Assembly: GCA_015068085.1 (NCBI GenBank)
Contig: SVLF01000004.1
Coordinates: forward strand, 12,821 to 76,820
Length of the DNA stretch: 64,000 nt
Direction: 5' to 3'
DNA from: Oscillospiraceae bacterium
GTDB lineage: Bacteria; Bacillota; Clostridia; Oscillospirales; JAAYXM01
A program made the position numbers and the translations under genes. This document shows positions 1 to 9,712 of this stretch, piece by piece. Position 1 is the stretch's first letter, and every line of letters starts with the position of its first letter. A model generated the notes under the pieces. It searched no databases and had not been told where the DNA came from. It worked only from the letters and a program-made list of their open reading frames with translations.

Positions 1-3000
1 GGGGCTTGCGGCGATAGTTGTCGGCAAGCAACCCGAGACGAATGACATTCTCAACTGGGTTTATGCAACGGATGCAGGAAACGGAAAAACAAAAATAACC
101 GGCGGAAATCTTGAAAGCACGCTGATAAACCGGGTTGACCGTGACGGAATGGGCGATGAAGCATCTCCTCGGTACAACACCTCGTGGGTATCAAACTTAA
201 GCACCTTCGCGGATGCAACGGCAATGTACACCGGAGAAGGAGACTATCAGCCGTATAATGTGCCTAAGTTTATCAAGATGTACACTCCGCAGATTGATAT
301 ACTGCTTACCAATTCAAAGCATCCGAATGTCGGCGATGCCGGAAGTGTTGCATCAGTTACGCTAAACGGCGGTACGGCTGCATGGCTTCAGGCGTTTGCA
401 CGCACGGATAATGAGGAGTATAAAAAGAAGATCGCAAACTATATCTATACTGTAAACGGAAACAAAACCACAGGCTACAGATACGATATCTTTACAAAGG
501 ATCCCGAAAGCCTTGAGGAGGATATCTTAAAGTATATTGATCCGGACCAAAAGACGGAGAGCACAATCCTTACCGGCTACGGTATTGCAATCCTCCGCGA
601 CGGTGCAAAGTATGATTCTGCAAGCGCGGCTACTGCAAAGAACACAATGCGTGATATCTGGGTAACATTCGGAAGATCGGCTTCGCACGCTCATACAGAT
701 ACACTTAATCTCGGTATGGATGCATACGGGCTGGATGTAGCTCCTGACCTCGGATATCCGGAGGATACGAGCTATACGCCAAACCGTCTCCAGTGGGTTG
801 ATCCAACCATATCGCACAACACGGTTACTGTAAACGAAGCAAACCACGACAAAACAATAAAGCACGGCTATCCGCTTCACTTTGACGATACGGAAACAGT
901 TAAGCTTATAGACGTTGATGCAAGCAATGTAAACTCAAACACGGAGAAATACCGCAGAAGCGTTGTTATGATAAAGGCAAACGATGACGTTTCCTACGCT
1001 GTTGACTTCTTCCGTGTAACGGGTGGTAATACGCATACCTACAGCTTCCATAGCCAGGCTGAGAATGCATATCCGGTAAGCGGAATTGAGCTTACGAAGC
1101 AGGTCGATGAAAACGGGGAATACATCGGAACGTATGCAGGTGTTGACGGTAAGGACCCCGAAACGGGCGAGTGGATAGAATACGGTCCCGACCCGTGGAC
1201 AAAGGACGAATACGGATATCCGACAAAATACAACCGCGGATATACGTGGATGAACAAAATCCGCCGTGATAAGGAGCCGGAGCAGAATATTTCGGTAGAA
1301 TTTGATGTTCAGGACTATAACAAGATACTTACAGACGGAAAGAACATAAAGCTTCGCCTTACTCAGATGAACAACTTCACACCCGATGAGGTGGCAATAG
1401 TCGGAGGATATGTTCCGATAAAGAGCGAAACCGAGAAGCTTCCGAGAACACTTGATTATCTCCTTGTCCATAACAGGGGTGAAAACCTCGACAGCCTGTT
1501 TACAACCGTGCTCGAGCCGTATAAGGGCGAACGCTATGTAAGCGATATCAAAACGGTTGATATTTCCGTCAAGACAGGCACCGAAATCGCAGGCGAGGAT
1601 ATGGCGCGCGCCGTAAAGGTAGCTCACACAAACGGAAGAGTTGATTATGTCGTTTATGCAACGAACAATGATGTTGTATATACAGTAACCGATACGTTCG
1701 TAAAAGCAGATGGCACCGAAATGCCGATAAGCTTTGATTTCTCGGGCTTTGTAGGCGTGTACACCGTAAACGAAAACGGCGCATGCATTTACCGCTATGT
1801 AAATGACGGCACGGTTATCGGTGAAGAAACTGAAAAAACAGCTGCGTATACCGGTACGGTAACGGGCTTCCAGAAGGGCTATGAGATTGAGAACTACATT
1901 GATGTGGAAATGCAGTGTGATGACCTTTCGGACCTTGCCGGGAAAGTTATCTATGTTGATAACGACCGCGTTGAAAACGGTGCGTACAGAATTCTTTCGG
2001 CATCAAGAGAAGGCGAAGGGCTTAAAGAAGGAAGCATCCGCCTTGATATCGGCACGGTAACGCTTATCCGCAGCCATATCGACAAATTCGATTTTGATAA
2101 GGGCTATGTTTACAACATCAAGGAAGAGCAGACGTTCACTATCCCGACATCGTTTGAGGATGAAAGTCTGCCGGAGTTTGAGCCGGTTAGTGATACATTA
2201 AGCACATCTGCCGGAAGCTCGATAAGTGTAACGGTAAAGGCAACAAGCCCGATAGAGACAGACACACCGACGATAACATATATCGGCGCAACGCTTCCGC
2301 GCGGCGCAAGCCTCAATTCCGAGACCGGTGTATTTACATGGAAGCCAACGGACTCTCAGGTCGGTGATAACCACGTTGCAATAACCGCGCGTGACAGCGA
2401 CGGACGAGAGACCACAATTCATTTTGATATATCGGTTTACGGTAACACAACAGGCTCCGGTAACAAAACGGAAGAAAATTCCGGAACCTCCACAGAAAAC
2501 GCAGGAACTGCCGGCGGCGGTGGTGGAGGAGGCGGTGGCGGCGGTGCCGCACCGACCGACAAGCCGGATGATGAAACCAAGACCGATGAAAACGACAATG
2601 GTGAAGCTTCCGGCGACACCGAAACCGGAACCGGAGAGACCGCACCCGACGCGTCGGGTGAAACGGATAGCATCCGTTTCACAGACCTTTCTAACCACAC
2701 ATGGGCAGCGGACGCGATAAACACACTCGCGGACGATGGAATAATAAGAGGAACAGCATCTGACACGTACTCCCCGGCAAACAATATAACCCGTGCAGAC
2801 TTCGCGTCCCTGCTCATTCGTGCATTCAAGCTCGAGTCTGATAACGCAGAGAATTTTGCAGACGTCACGGCAAGCGATTATTTCGCATCCGAGCTTGCAA
2901 TCGCACGCAACACGGGAATAGTTAACGGCATCGGCGATAATAAGTTTGCACCGAGAAACACCATCACCCGCCAGGATATGATGGTAATCGTCCACCGCGC

Positions 3001-3220
3001 ATTGCAGAAACAGAATGTAGGATTCGGCGATTCCAATGAGCCGAACTACTCAGATTTCACCACCGTTGCAGACTACGCAAAGGAAGCGGTTTCTGCCCTC
3101 ATCGGTGCAGGTATTGTCAACGGGAAATCGGGACGCATCGCACCGGCGGACTACACAACAAGAGCAGAAGTGGCAGTGCTTATCAAACGCATTTTAGATT
3201 ATAAAGCCTCCCTTGCCTAA
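1..3220 (+). CDS. C-terminal ~1070 aa of a large SLH-anchored heparinase II/III-like (polysaccharide-lyase-like) surface protein; 5' end lies outside the window
   Basis: Frame 2 is open from nt 2, with no stop before the first listed Met at 149. Translated nt 2-148 aligns with the interior of the 2958-aa paralog (..INRVDRDGMGDEASPRYN.. vs ..MKRVDSDGMADEASGGYN..). Heparinase II/III C-terminal signature HAHTDTLNLGMDAYGLDVAPDLGYP...SHNTVTV. Ig-like segment PRGASLNSETGVFTWKP..VAITARD. G11 run (2513-2545) plus P/T/E-rich linker. Three SLH-type repeats (FTDLSNHTWAADAINTL.., FADVTASDYFASELAIA.., FTTVADYAKEAVSAL..). Confidence 0.85.
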   Translation, partial: GLAAIVVGKQPETNDILNWVYATDAGNGKTKITGGNLESTLINRVDRDGMGDEASPRYNTSWVSNLSTFADATAMYTGEGDYQPYNVPKFIKMYTPQIDILLTNSKHPNVGDAGSVASVTLNGGTAAWLQAFARTDNEEYKKKIANYIYTVNGNKTTGYRYDIFTKDPESLEEDILKYIDPDQKTESTILTGYGIAILRDGAKYDSASAATAKNTMRDIWVTFGRSASHAHTDTLNLGMDAYGLDVAPDLGYPEDTSYTPNRLQWVDPTISHNTVTVNEANHDKTIKHGYPLHFDDTETVKLIDVDASNVNSNTEKYRRSVVMIKANDDVSYAVDFFRVTGGNTHTYSFHSQAENAYPVSGIELTKQVDENGEYIGTYAGVDGKDPETGEWIEYGPDPWTKDEYGYPTKYNRGYTWMNKIRRDKEPEQNISVEFDVQDYNKILTDGKNIKLRLTQMNNFTPDEVAIVGGYVPIKSETEKLPRTLDYLLVHNRGENLDSLFTTVLEPYKGERYVSDIKTVDISVKTGTEIAGEDMARAVKVAHTNGRVDYVVYATNNDVVYTVTDTFVKADGTEMPISFDFSGFVGVYTVNENGACIYRYVNDGTVIGEETEKTAAYTGTVTGFQKGYEIENYIDVEMQCDDLSDLAGKVIYVDNDRVENGAYRILSASREGEGLKEGSIRLDIGTVTLIRSHIDKFDFDKGYVYNIKEEQTFTIPTSFEDESLPEFEPVSDTLSTSAGSSISVTVKATSPIETDTPTITYIGATLPRGASLNSETGVFTWKPTDSQVGDNHVAITARDSDGRETTIHFDISVYGNTTGSGNKTEENSGTSTENAGTAGGGGGGGGGGGAAPTDKPDDETKTDENDNGEASGDTETGTGETAPDASGETDSIRFTDLSNHTWAADAINTLADDGIIRGTASDTYSPANNITRADFASLLIRAFKLESDNAENFADVTASDYFASELAIARNTGIVNGIGDNKFAPRNTITRQDMMVIVHRALQKQNVGFGDSNEPNYSDFTTVADYAKEAVSALIGAGIVNGKSGRIAPADYTTRAEVAVLIKRILDYKASLA

Positions 3221-3660
3221 AGGTTATTCCCCTGCGGGGGAAATGTCGCTGAAAGCGACAAAAGGGGGGAGCTACGGGGGACCGCCGGATGGCGGTGGAG
3301 GGATACATTCTTCGCTTTTCGGCAAATTCCCGAAGGGGTTCTTACTTTCTTGTTTCGCCAAGAAAGTAAGCAAAGAACGCGAAAAAGGGGAGAACTCGCG
3401 CGCCCACAGAAATAGGGTTCCCGCAAAGCCCGCTTTGTGGGAAAGAGGAGAGACCGCCAATAAAGCGAAGCTTCTTGCGAAAAGCAAGAACGAGCAAAAA
3501 GGCGAGGCTTGACGAGGCGCAAAGGAAACCTCCCCTTTTAACCCCTCCGCACGCAACGACGGAAAGCAGTACGTGGAATAGGGCGTGTGGGGGCTGCATA
3601 CCCCCCGGGAAGCTTAAAACGTTTTTGTTCAGCAATGTCGAAGAAAGAAAGGAAACAGCT
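3221..3660. repeat. 440-nt non-coding tract packed with short GC-rich stem-loops (unclassified structured element)
   Basis: Stem-loops read directly: ttcccc-tgcg-ggggaa 3227-3242; tgtcgc-tgaaa-gcgaca 3244-3260; accgcc-ggat-ggcggt 3281-3296; 11-bp stem cttactttctt/aagaaagtaag 3341-3370; ttcttgc-gaaaa-gcaagaa 3472-3490; ggggg-ctgcata-ccccc 3589-3605. The only ORFs here are low-complexity on both strands. The next gene has an RBS and ATG at 3661. Confidence 0.6.
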
Positions 3661-5562
3661 ATGATTGAACGAGATATAGTAAAGCACGGTGTGAAAATAG
3701 GCGAATATGCACCATTTTGTCCTGAAAAAGTTATCGATATGATAAATGAAAAGTGCATAGCGCGCGGAATGAACTATATAAACCTCGCTCCGGCGCAGTA
3801 CAGCACAGCCGATGCTTCAGGAAATGAGAACGTGCCGGCAAGTGAAAAGGTTCTTCCCGAGCACTTTTTATATGAGTGGGCAAAGCATTGCGCGGATAAC
3901 AAGATATACTTTGCGTTTAACGGCGGAGGCGATAGACCAACGGGAGGTATAGATGCGGAAAAGCTTAAGAAAATTAAGGAAATAGCCGGTGAATATTTTC
4001 TTTCTTACAATCTGAGCGAGCTTGGTTCCGTTTATGCAAACAAGGGCTCGGGGTATGGTTGTCCGTATAAAGAGCCGTGGAAGGATTTGCAGCAGCCGAA
4101 GGATAACTTCATAAATATCGTTCGCAAATTCGGCGAAGAAAACAGCGGTGGCGGTGTAGTTGAGACAAGTCTTCTTGAGTCCGGAGCTCATATGAGCTTT
4201 GAGTGCGAGGCGGGGCTTTCGTTCCCCACTTTTGAGTCACTTGCAGGTGACACCGAAATCGGAACAGCCTTTGCAAGAGGTACGCAAAGGGCTTACAACT
4301 GCGAGAGATTCGGTCTGTATATTCCGCATAACTGGTACGGCGGTCAGCGTAACGAGGATCCGCTCAAAATAAAGCGGTTTATGCTTTCCTACTACCATGG
4401 CTATCTTTCGGGCTGCGGAGTTTTTGTTCTCGAAAGCGCAGACGAAAAGATAAACACCCACGGCACCGATTTGGGATATGACAACCCGATTTCCGCATAT
4501 TACAGGAAATGCATGGAGGACTTTGCAAAGTTCACAAAAGCGGATTTCAGACCTGCCGGCGGGCCGAAAGTCAAGGTTGCGTTCGTTCGCGGAAACCTTG
4601 ATGGTTACAGCTTCCGCCATACAGGCTCATCCCTTTGGCGCGGACATATGCAAGAGGAGTTTGGCTATGCTGCGCCCGAATACACTTGGAGAGTGCTGGA
4701 TGTAATAAAGCATAAGAAAACATGGGCAGAAACACACAATTACGGAGAGGTTGATCTCTCGGGCGCTCCGGCATATGGACTTTATGATGTCATTCCGGCA
4801 AATGTCGGTGTTGAGATTTTCTCAAAGTATGATTATCTCATCTTTGTCGGCTGGAACACTATGACCGACGAGATTTATGAAAATCTGAAGGCTTACGTCA
4901 AACAGGGCGGGCGTCTGTTTATGACTGCGGCACATCTGAATACTACAAACAAGCGCACGGGCGAGATGTCGCTAATACGGAACGGTGATGTCAGTGATTT
5001 GTTCGGGTGTAAGCTGGATGCAGAAAACGCGATACATACAGAGGACGGAAGTAAGTTTACCGAGAGCATAGTTCCTGAATTTAAATGGTGCAAGGCATTG
5101 GTGGATATGTCTGATCCGTTCTTTGCGGACGGTTATGCGGATTACGCAAAGGTCGAGCTTACGACAGGTGTGATAACGGCAAGGCTTGCAAATGCGTTCA
5201 GAATAAAGAATCCCGATGCATTGCCCGCATCCTTGGTTGAAAACAAGGTCGGAGACGGATATGCGGTTCTTATGACGAGCCTGGATTATCCGTCCGGGGC
5301 GAATTTTGCAATGTATTGTACGCTTGTCCGCGAAATATTGACGGCAAGCCACAGGCAGGCACATATAAAGGTATACGGTGCCGATTCGCTTCGCTTTTCC
5401 GTTTACGAGGGAGATAAGGTATATCTCCTTAACACGGATTTTGACAACAAGATTTTTGCGACCGTCGATTACGGAACGGAAAAGAAGGAATTCGTATTAA
5501 ATCCGGGCGAGTTAAAGCCAGTTGAAAGGGAAGAATGTTATGAAAGAATCTTTAATTCTTAA
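3661..5562 (+). CDS. Hypothetical ~633-aa enzyme, first of two tandem paralogs; possibly a glycoside-hydrolase-like protein (family not recognised)
   Basis: The listed ORF 3475-5562 is trimmed to the ATG at 3661 (AGGA 7 nt upstream); the part upstream of 3661 is the hairpin tract. Collinear similarity to the next ORF over the full length (e.g. YDYLIFVGWNTMTDEIYENLKAYVKQGGRLFMTAAHLNT vs YDYLIFLGWNTMTEENMEKLTEYVRRGGHLLMTAAHLNT; LRFSVYEGDKVYLLNTDFD vs LRYSVYEGNKVYLLNTDYD). Confidence 0.8.
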   Translation: MIERDIVKHGVKIGEYAPFCPEKVIDMINEKCIARGMNYINLAPAQYSTADASGNENVPASEKVLPEHFLYEWAKHCADNKIYFAFNGGGDRPTGGIDAEKLKKIKEIAGEYFLSYNLSELGSVYANKGSGYGCPYKEPWKDLQQPKDNFINIVRKFGEENSGGGVVETSLLESGAHMSFECEAGLSFPTFESLAGDTEIGTAFARGTQRAYNCERFGLYIPHNWYGGQRNEDPLKIKRFMLSYYHGYLSGCGVFVLESADEKINTHGTDLGYDNPISAYYRKCMEDFAKFTKADFRPAGGPKVKVAFVRGNLDGYSFRHTGSSLWRGHMQEEFGYAAPEYTWRVLDVIKHKKTWAETHNYGEVDLSGAPAYGLYDVIPANVGVEIFSKYDYLIFVGWNTMTDEIYENLKAYVKQGGRLFMTAAHLNTTNKRTGEMSLIRNGDVSDLFGCKLDAENAIHTEDGSKFTESIVPEFKWCKALVDMSDPFFADGYADYAKVELTTGVITARLANAFRIKNPDALPASLVENKVGDGYAVLMTSLDYPSGANFAMYCTLVREILTASHRQAHIKVYGADSLRFSVYEGDKVYLLNTDFDNKIFATVDYGTEKKEFVLNPGELKPVEREECYERIFNS

Positions 5563-7420
5563 CGGGGTACACATTGGTGAGCACGGCTTTGATCCCGACA
5601 AAATAATTGATGATATAAAAGAGCGCGCGATAGATGCCGGTTTCAATTATGTTATTTTGCGTCCGGGAAAAAGAAAAATTTTTGAGCAGAAATATTTTAT
5701 AGAGTGGGCAAAGTATCTTGCGGAAAACCAAATATATTTTGCTATTCTTTATAACGTGCAGTATCCGCCGGAGGGCAAGGAAAGCTGGCTTGAGCCGGAA
5801 ACTGTTGCGAAAATGAAGGAAATTGCCGGCGGGTATTTCCTTGGCGAAACCATTGGTGAGCCGGGAAGTATGTATGCCTGCAAGGCTCCTGATTATTATA
5901 TAAACGGGGATACTACCGAGTGGCGCAAGGATCAGAGAAACTACAGGCTGAGATTTGATTATGAAAATCTTTCTGAAACACACGAGGAGTATGTGAAAAC
6001 AGTTTCAAAGTTTGTGGATATAAACAAACGCAGCGGTATGCCGAATGTAATGTCCGTCGATGCCACCGGGTTTGCGAGATATAATATAGAGGCGGGGATT
6101 GATATTCCCATCCTTGAAGCGATACCGGGAAATCCGGATATTCTTATCCCCAATGTGCGCGGAGTGGCGAAGGCAAGCAAGGCAAAGATATGGGGAACAT
6201 ATTTTGCCCATGAGTGGTACGGCGGTGTGCGTCACACCGATGTCCTGAAAATGAAGCGCCTTGAGCTTGCATATAAGCACGCTTATCTTTGCGGGTCAAG
6301 TATGTTTGTGCTTGAAAGCGGCGACGAAAAGGTTTCTGCATATATGCCGAAAGAAGAAATGTTCGGACCGGATCATTTTGTATGCCAAAACTACCGCAGA
6401 GTTCTCCGTCAGATGCAGGATATTCTGAATACCGACTGTCGCCCTGCCGACGGACCTAAGGTAAAGGTTGCTTTTGTTTCCGGACTTCACGACGGATGGG
6501 CAGGAAAATGGGGCAGAAGCTCTGTGTTTAATCAGTTTTATCGCGAGGAATGGGGCTATAATTCAGCAGAGCATTCATGGATGATGCTTGATGAGCTTGG
6601 AACAAAGCGCACGTGGGATGACGTTGCAAACTACGGTGACAACGACACCTCGGGAGCCCCTGCCTACGGTCAGTACGATATCATACCGATTGAGGCGTCT
6701 GTTGATGTGCTTTCCGCTTATGATTATCTTATTTTCCTTGGCTGGAACACAATGACCGAAGAGAATATGGAAAAGCTTACCGAATATGTACGCCGCGGCG
6801 GGCATCTGCTTATGACGGCGGCGCACTTGAATACCTCGGATGTAAGAGGCGGAAAGTTCAAATGCGTGTCTGGAGAGAGTGTTGAAGCGCTGTTTGGCTG
6901 CCGCTTTACCGGAGAATACAGAAAGACCAACGGCGGCGTAAACTTCAAATATAATTCGCTTGATGAAAAGGTTCTTTATCCGACATACAATACCGGCGGT
7001 TGTGACCCGCTTTTCTCAGCCGGATATACGGAGTATATGCGCTTCGGAACAACAACCGGAAAGGCTATTGCGTTTGAAAGCAACGGATTTCAGGCGAGAA
7101 ACAGCGATCTTCCTGTTTTGATTGAAAACAAGGTGGGAGAAGGCGTTGCAACGCTTATCACAAGCACGAGCTACCCGGGAGACAGAGCAATATACCTGTT
7201 CTATCGCGCAGTAGTGCGCGAAATGATATCGGCAAGTGCAAGAAACTGCGACATAAAGGTTATAGGAAGCGACAGACTTCGTTATTCTGTATACGAAGGA
7301 AATAAAGTATATCTTCTTAATACAGATTATGATTTGCCGATTGAGGTAAAGATTATTTACGCAGGAAAAGAGCAGACCGTAAGGCTGCAGTCACTTGAGC
7401 TTAAAAGCATTGAATTGTAA
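5540..7420 (+). CDS. Hypothetical ~626-aa enzyme, second tandem paralog of 3661-5562
   Basis: ATG at 5540 (MKESLILNG..) preceded by AGGGA. Overlaps the upstream stop by 23 nt. Full-length similarity to the upstream paralog. Confidence 0.8.
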   Translation: MKESLILNGVHIGEHGFDPDKIIDDIKERAIDAGFNYVILRPGKRKIFEQKYFIEWAKYLAENQIYFAILYNVQYPPEGKESWLEPETVAKMKEIAGGYFLGETIGEPGSMYACKAPDYYINGDTTEWRKDQRNYRLRFDYENLSETHEEYVKTVSKFVDINKRSGMPNVMSVDATGFARYNIEAGIDIPILEAIPGNPDILIPNVRGVAKASKAKIWGTYFAHEWYGGVRHTDVLKMKRLELAYKHAYLCGSSMFVLESGDEKVSAYMPKEEMFGPDHFVCQNYRRVLRQMQDILNTDCRPADGPKVKVAFVSGLHDGWAGKWGRSSVFNQFYREEWGYNSAEHSWMMLDELGTKRTWDDVANYGDNDTSGAPAYGQYDIIPIEASVDVLSAYDYLIFLGWNTMTEENMEKLTEYVRRGGHLLMTAAHLNTSDVRGGKFKCVSGESVEALFGCRFTGEYRKTNGGVNFKYNSLDEKVLYPTYNTGGCDPLFSAGYTEYMRFGTTTGKAIAFESNGFQARNSDLPVLIENKVGEGVATLITSTSYPGDRAIYLFYRAVVREMISASARNCDIKVIGSDRLRYSVYEGNKVYLLNTDYDLPIEVKIIYAGKEQTVRLQSLELKSIEL

Positions 7421-7432
7421 AAAGGAGAAGCT

Positions 7433-8608
7433 ATGATACATAAATTCTATAACGGCAAGGTTATTCTCGGGAATACATTTGCGCCCGAGGGCACGGCGGT
7501 GTACACAGATGGAGAAAGAATTAAGGCTGTGACGAAAGAAACGCTTCCGTTTGATGTTGCGCACGATGCACAGGGAAAATATATTTCTCCGGGCTTTATT
7601 GATATGCACGTCCACGGCGGCAACGGATATGATCTTCGAAAGGGCGAGCTTGAGGCATTCATTGAGGTATCAAAGCTTCACGCATCACACGGTACAACCG
7701 TTATGCTTCCGTCAGGCTCCTCCGGCTCGGTTGAATCATATATCAAAATGTTCAATACGCTGGATGAATACAACCGCATAAATTCAGAAAAGGCAATAGG
7801 CGCGCATATGCCGGGCGTGCATCTTGAAGGACCGTATTTTTCTCCGGTTCAGGCAGGTGCGCAGATGGCAAAATATATGACGCCGCCGATCCCCGAGGAT
7901 TATATGTATATCCTCGAAAACTACGGAGATAAGCTTATCCGTTGGAGCTCAGCGCCCGAGCTTCCGGGGACGGAAGAGTTTGCAAAGGCACTTCGTGAGC
8001 ACGGCATTGTTGCGTCAATAGGTCATTCCGATGCAGATTACGATTGCGTTATGCGTGCGTATGACCTTGGCTACGGTCTTATAACCCATTTCTATTCCGG
8101 GTGCAGCACCGTTCACCGCAAGAATGCCTACCGCTATGCGGGTATAGTTGAAGCCGCGTATATGATAGATGGAATGGACGTTGAGATAATAGCCGACGGA
8201 CGGCACCTTCCGCCCTCGCTCTTAAAGTTTATAGTGAAGTTCAAGGGTGTTGACAGAATTGCGCTTGTTACCGATGCAATTCCGTGTGCGGGACTTCCGG
8301 ACGGCTCGGAAAAGCTTTTTGAAAATCCGAACTTCATAATAGAGGACGGCGTTGCAAAGCTTCCCGATCGCTCGGCGTTTGCAGGAAGTGTGTGTACAAC
8401 GAATAAGCTTGTGCGCAATATGATTGAGCTTGCGGATGTTTCGCTTCTTGATGCGGTAAGAATGGCATCGGCAAACCCCGCACGTATGGCAAGGCTGCGT
8501 GACCGCGGGCATATCCGCGAGGGCGGGTATGCGGATATACTTATATTCGACGAAAATATTGATGTTTCGCTTACTATGGTAAACGGAAACGTGGTTTTTG
8601 AAAAGTAA
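7433..8608 (+). CDS. nagA: N-acetylglucosamine-6-phosphate deacetylase-like amidohydrolase
   Basis: AAGGAG RBS at 7422-7427. NagA-type motifs GFIDMHVHGG, HLEGPYFS, SIGHSDA. ~390 aa. Confidence 0.8.
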   Translation: MIHKFYNGKVILGNTFAPEGTAVYTDGERIKAVTKETLPFDVAHDAQGKYISPGFIDMHVHGGNGYDLRKGELEAFIEVSKLHASHGTTVMLPSGSSGSVESYIKMFNTLDEYNRINSEKAIGAHMPGVHLEGPYFSPVQAGAQMAKYMTPPIPEDYMYILENYGDKLIRWSSAPELPGTEEFAKALREHGIVASIGHSDADYDCVMRAYDLGYGLITHFYSGCSTVHRKNAYRYAGIVEAAYMIDGMDVEIIADGRHLPPSLLKFIVKFKGVDRIALVTDAIPCAGLPDGSEKLFENPNFIIEDGVAKLPDRSAFAGSVCTTNKLVRNMIELADVSLLDAVRMASANPARMARLRDRGHIREGGYADILIFDENIDVSLTMVNGNVVFEK

Positions 8609-8623
8609 AAGGAGTTTTCCGAT

Positions 8624-9685
8624 ATGGAATTTATAAAAAACGGTGCGGAATTTATTCAGCAGCAGATAGATAATGCAGAATACAGTGTTGTTATAAGCGG
8701 GAATTATGAGATAGAAAAAACGGTTGTAATTCCTTCAAATTTTCATCTTGTGCTGGAAAACTGCCGGTTGAGAATGGCGGATAACACCTTCTGCAATATG
8801 TTCACAAACAAAAATAGCCACACGGAAGGTGTGTGGGATGAGAACATAGTGATTGAAGGGCGAGGAAATGTTGTTCTCGATGGCGGCAATTATAACGGAC
8901 TGTCGGAGAAAAATCAGAATACGGACGGCAGACCTCCGATATATGTGAACAACCTGATTTTCTTTGCTAAGGTTCGCGGCTTCCGTGTGACTAACCTTCG
9001 CTTGCGTAATCAGCGCTGGTGGGCAACGAACTTTATTTATTGTACAGACGGGTATATCGTGAATCTTGATTTCTGTGCAAACTCGTCTTACATAGACGAA
9101 AACGGTGAAATAAAAAACGGAAATCTCAGCTTTGATATATATGATTCCATCTGCGTTAAGAATGCAGACGGAATAGATATTCGTTGCGGATGCAGAGACA
9201 TAATAATAGAAAACATCACCGGCTTTCTTGAGGATGATGCAATAGCGGTAACGGCGCTTCCCGGCAAGTTGGAGAAGCTGTTCGGCGATGAGCGCGAATT
9301 TTCCGATATCTGCAACATAATAATCCGCAATGTAATGGCGTGTTCGCTTTGTTCGCAGGTACGGCTTCTGGCTCAGGGTGGGAAAAGCATATACAACGTG
9401 CTTGTTGACGGCGTTGTTGATACATCTCAAAACCGTCCGGAGCTCAGACAGGGCGTAAACGGCGTTAAGATAGGCGATCTGAGGCTGTATGGCGGTGTGG
9501 CACCGGAGCGCGAAAATATACACAACATAACGGTGAAAAACGTTATGTCACGTGCAGAAAACGCCGTAACGCTTATCGGGCCTATCGGTGAAAATGTAAA
9601 AATAAGCAATGTCAGCAGATTTGATACCGACGGAAAGGTTATAAAACAAGCGGGGGATATTGAGCTTGTGAAGCTTGATTTGTAA
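8624..9685 (+). CDS. Right-handed beta-helix protein, GH28-like (polygalacturonase-fold) glycosidase candidate
   Basis: Repetitive beta-helix-like sequence with NADGIDI and EDDAIAV segments, resembling the NTDG.. / ..DD.. catalytic motifs of GH28. Family assignment is an inference. Confidence 0.55.
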   Translation: MEFIKNGAEFIQQQIDNAEYSVVISGNYEIEKTVVIPSNFHLVLENCRLRMADNTFCNMFTNKNSHTEGVWDENIVIEGRGNVVLDGGNYNGLSEKNQNTDGRPPIYVNNLIFFAKVRGFRVTNLRLRNQRWWATNFIYCTDGYIVNLDFCANSSYIDENGEIKNGNLSFDIYDSICVKNADGIDIRCGCRDIIIENITGFLEDDAIAVTALPGKLEKLFGDEREFSDICNIIIRNVMACSLCSQVRLLAQGGKSIYNVLVDGVVDTSQNRPELRQGVNGVKIGDLRLYGGVAPERENIHNITVKNVMSRAENAVTLIGPIGENVKISNVSRFDTDGKVIKQAGDIELVKLDL

Positions 9686-9712
9686 TGCGCGATACAGAAT
9701 AAGGTGATATCA

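Noticed and set aside
527-2995. Several long minus-strand ORFs (527-880, 935-1627, 2198-2995, 2334-2645, 2437-2868) inside the first surface-protein gene
   Set aside because: They are antisense shadows of a well-supported plus-strand CDS. They are Cys/Arg-rich or low-complexity, with no RBS or motifs. The P11 run in 2437-2868 is simply the complement of the G11-encoding GGN run at 2513-2545.
3213-3758. ORFs 3213-3512(+), 3217-3522(-), 3272-3556(-), 3342-3758(-) and the N-terminal extension 3475-3660 of the 695-aa ORF
   Set aside because: All lie in the hairpin-dense spacer and translate to low-complexity G/P/K/R-rich strings on both strands. The downstream gene has a proper RBS/ATG at 3661, and its paralog has no equivalent extension.
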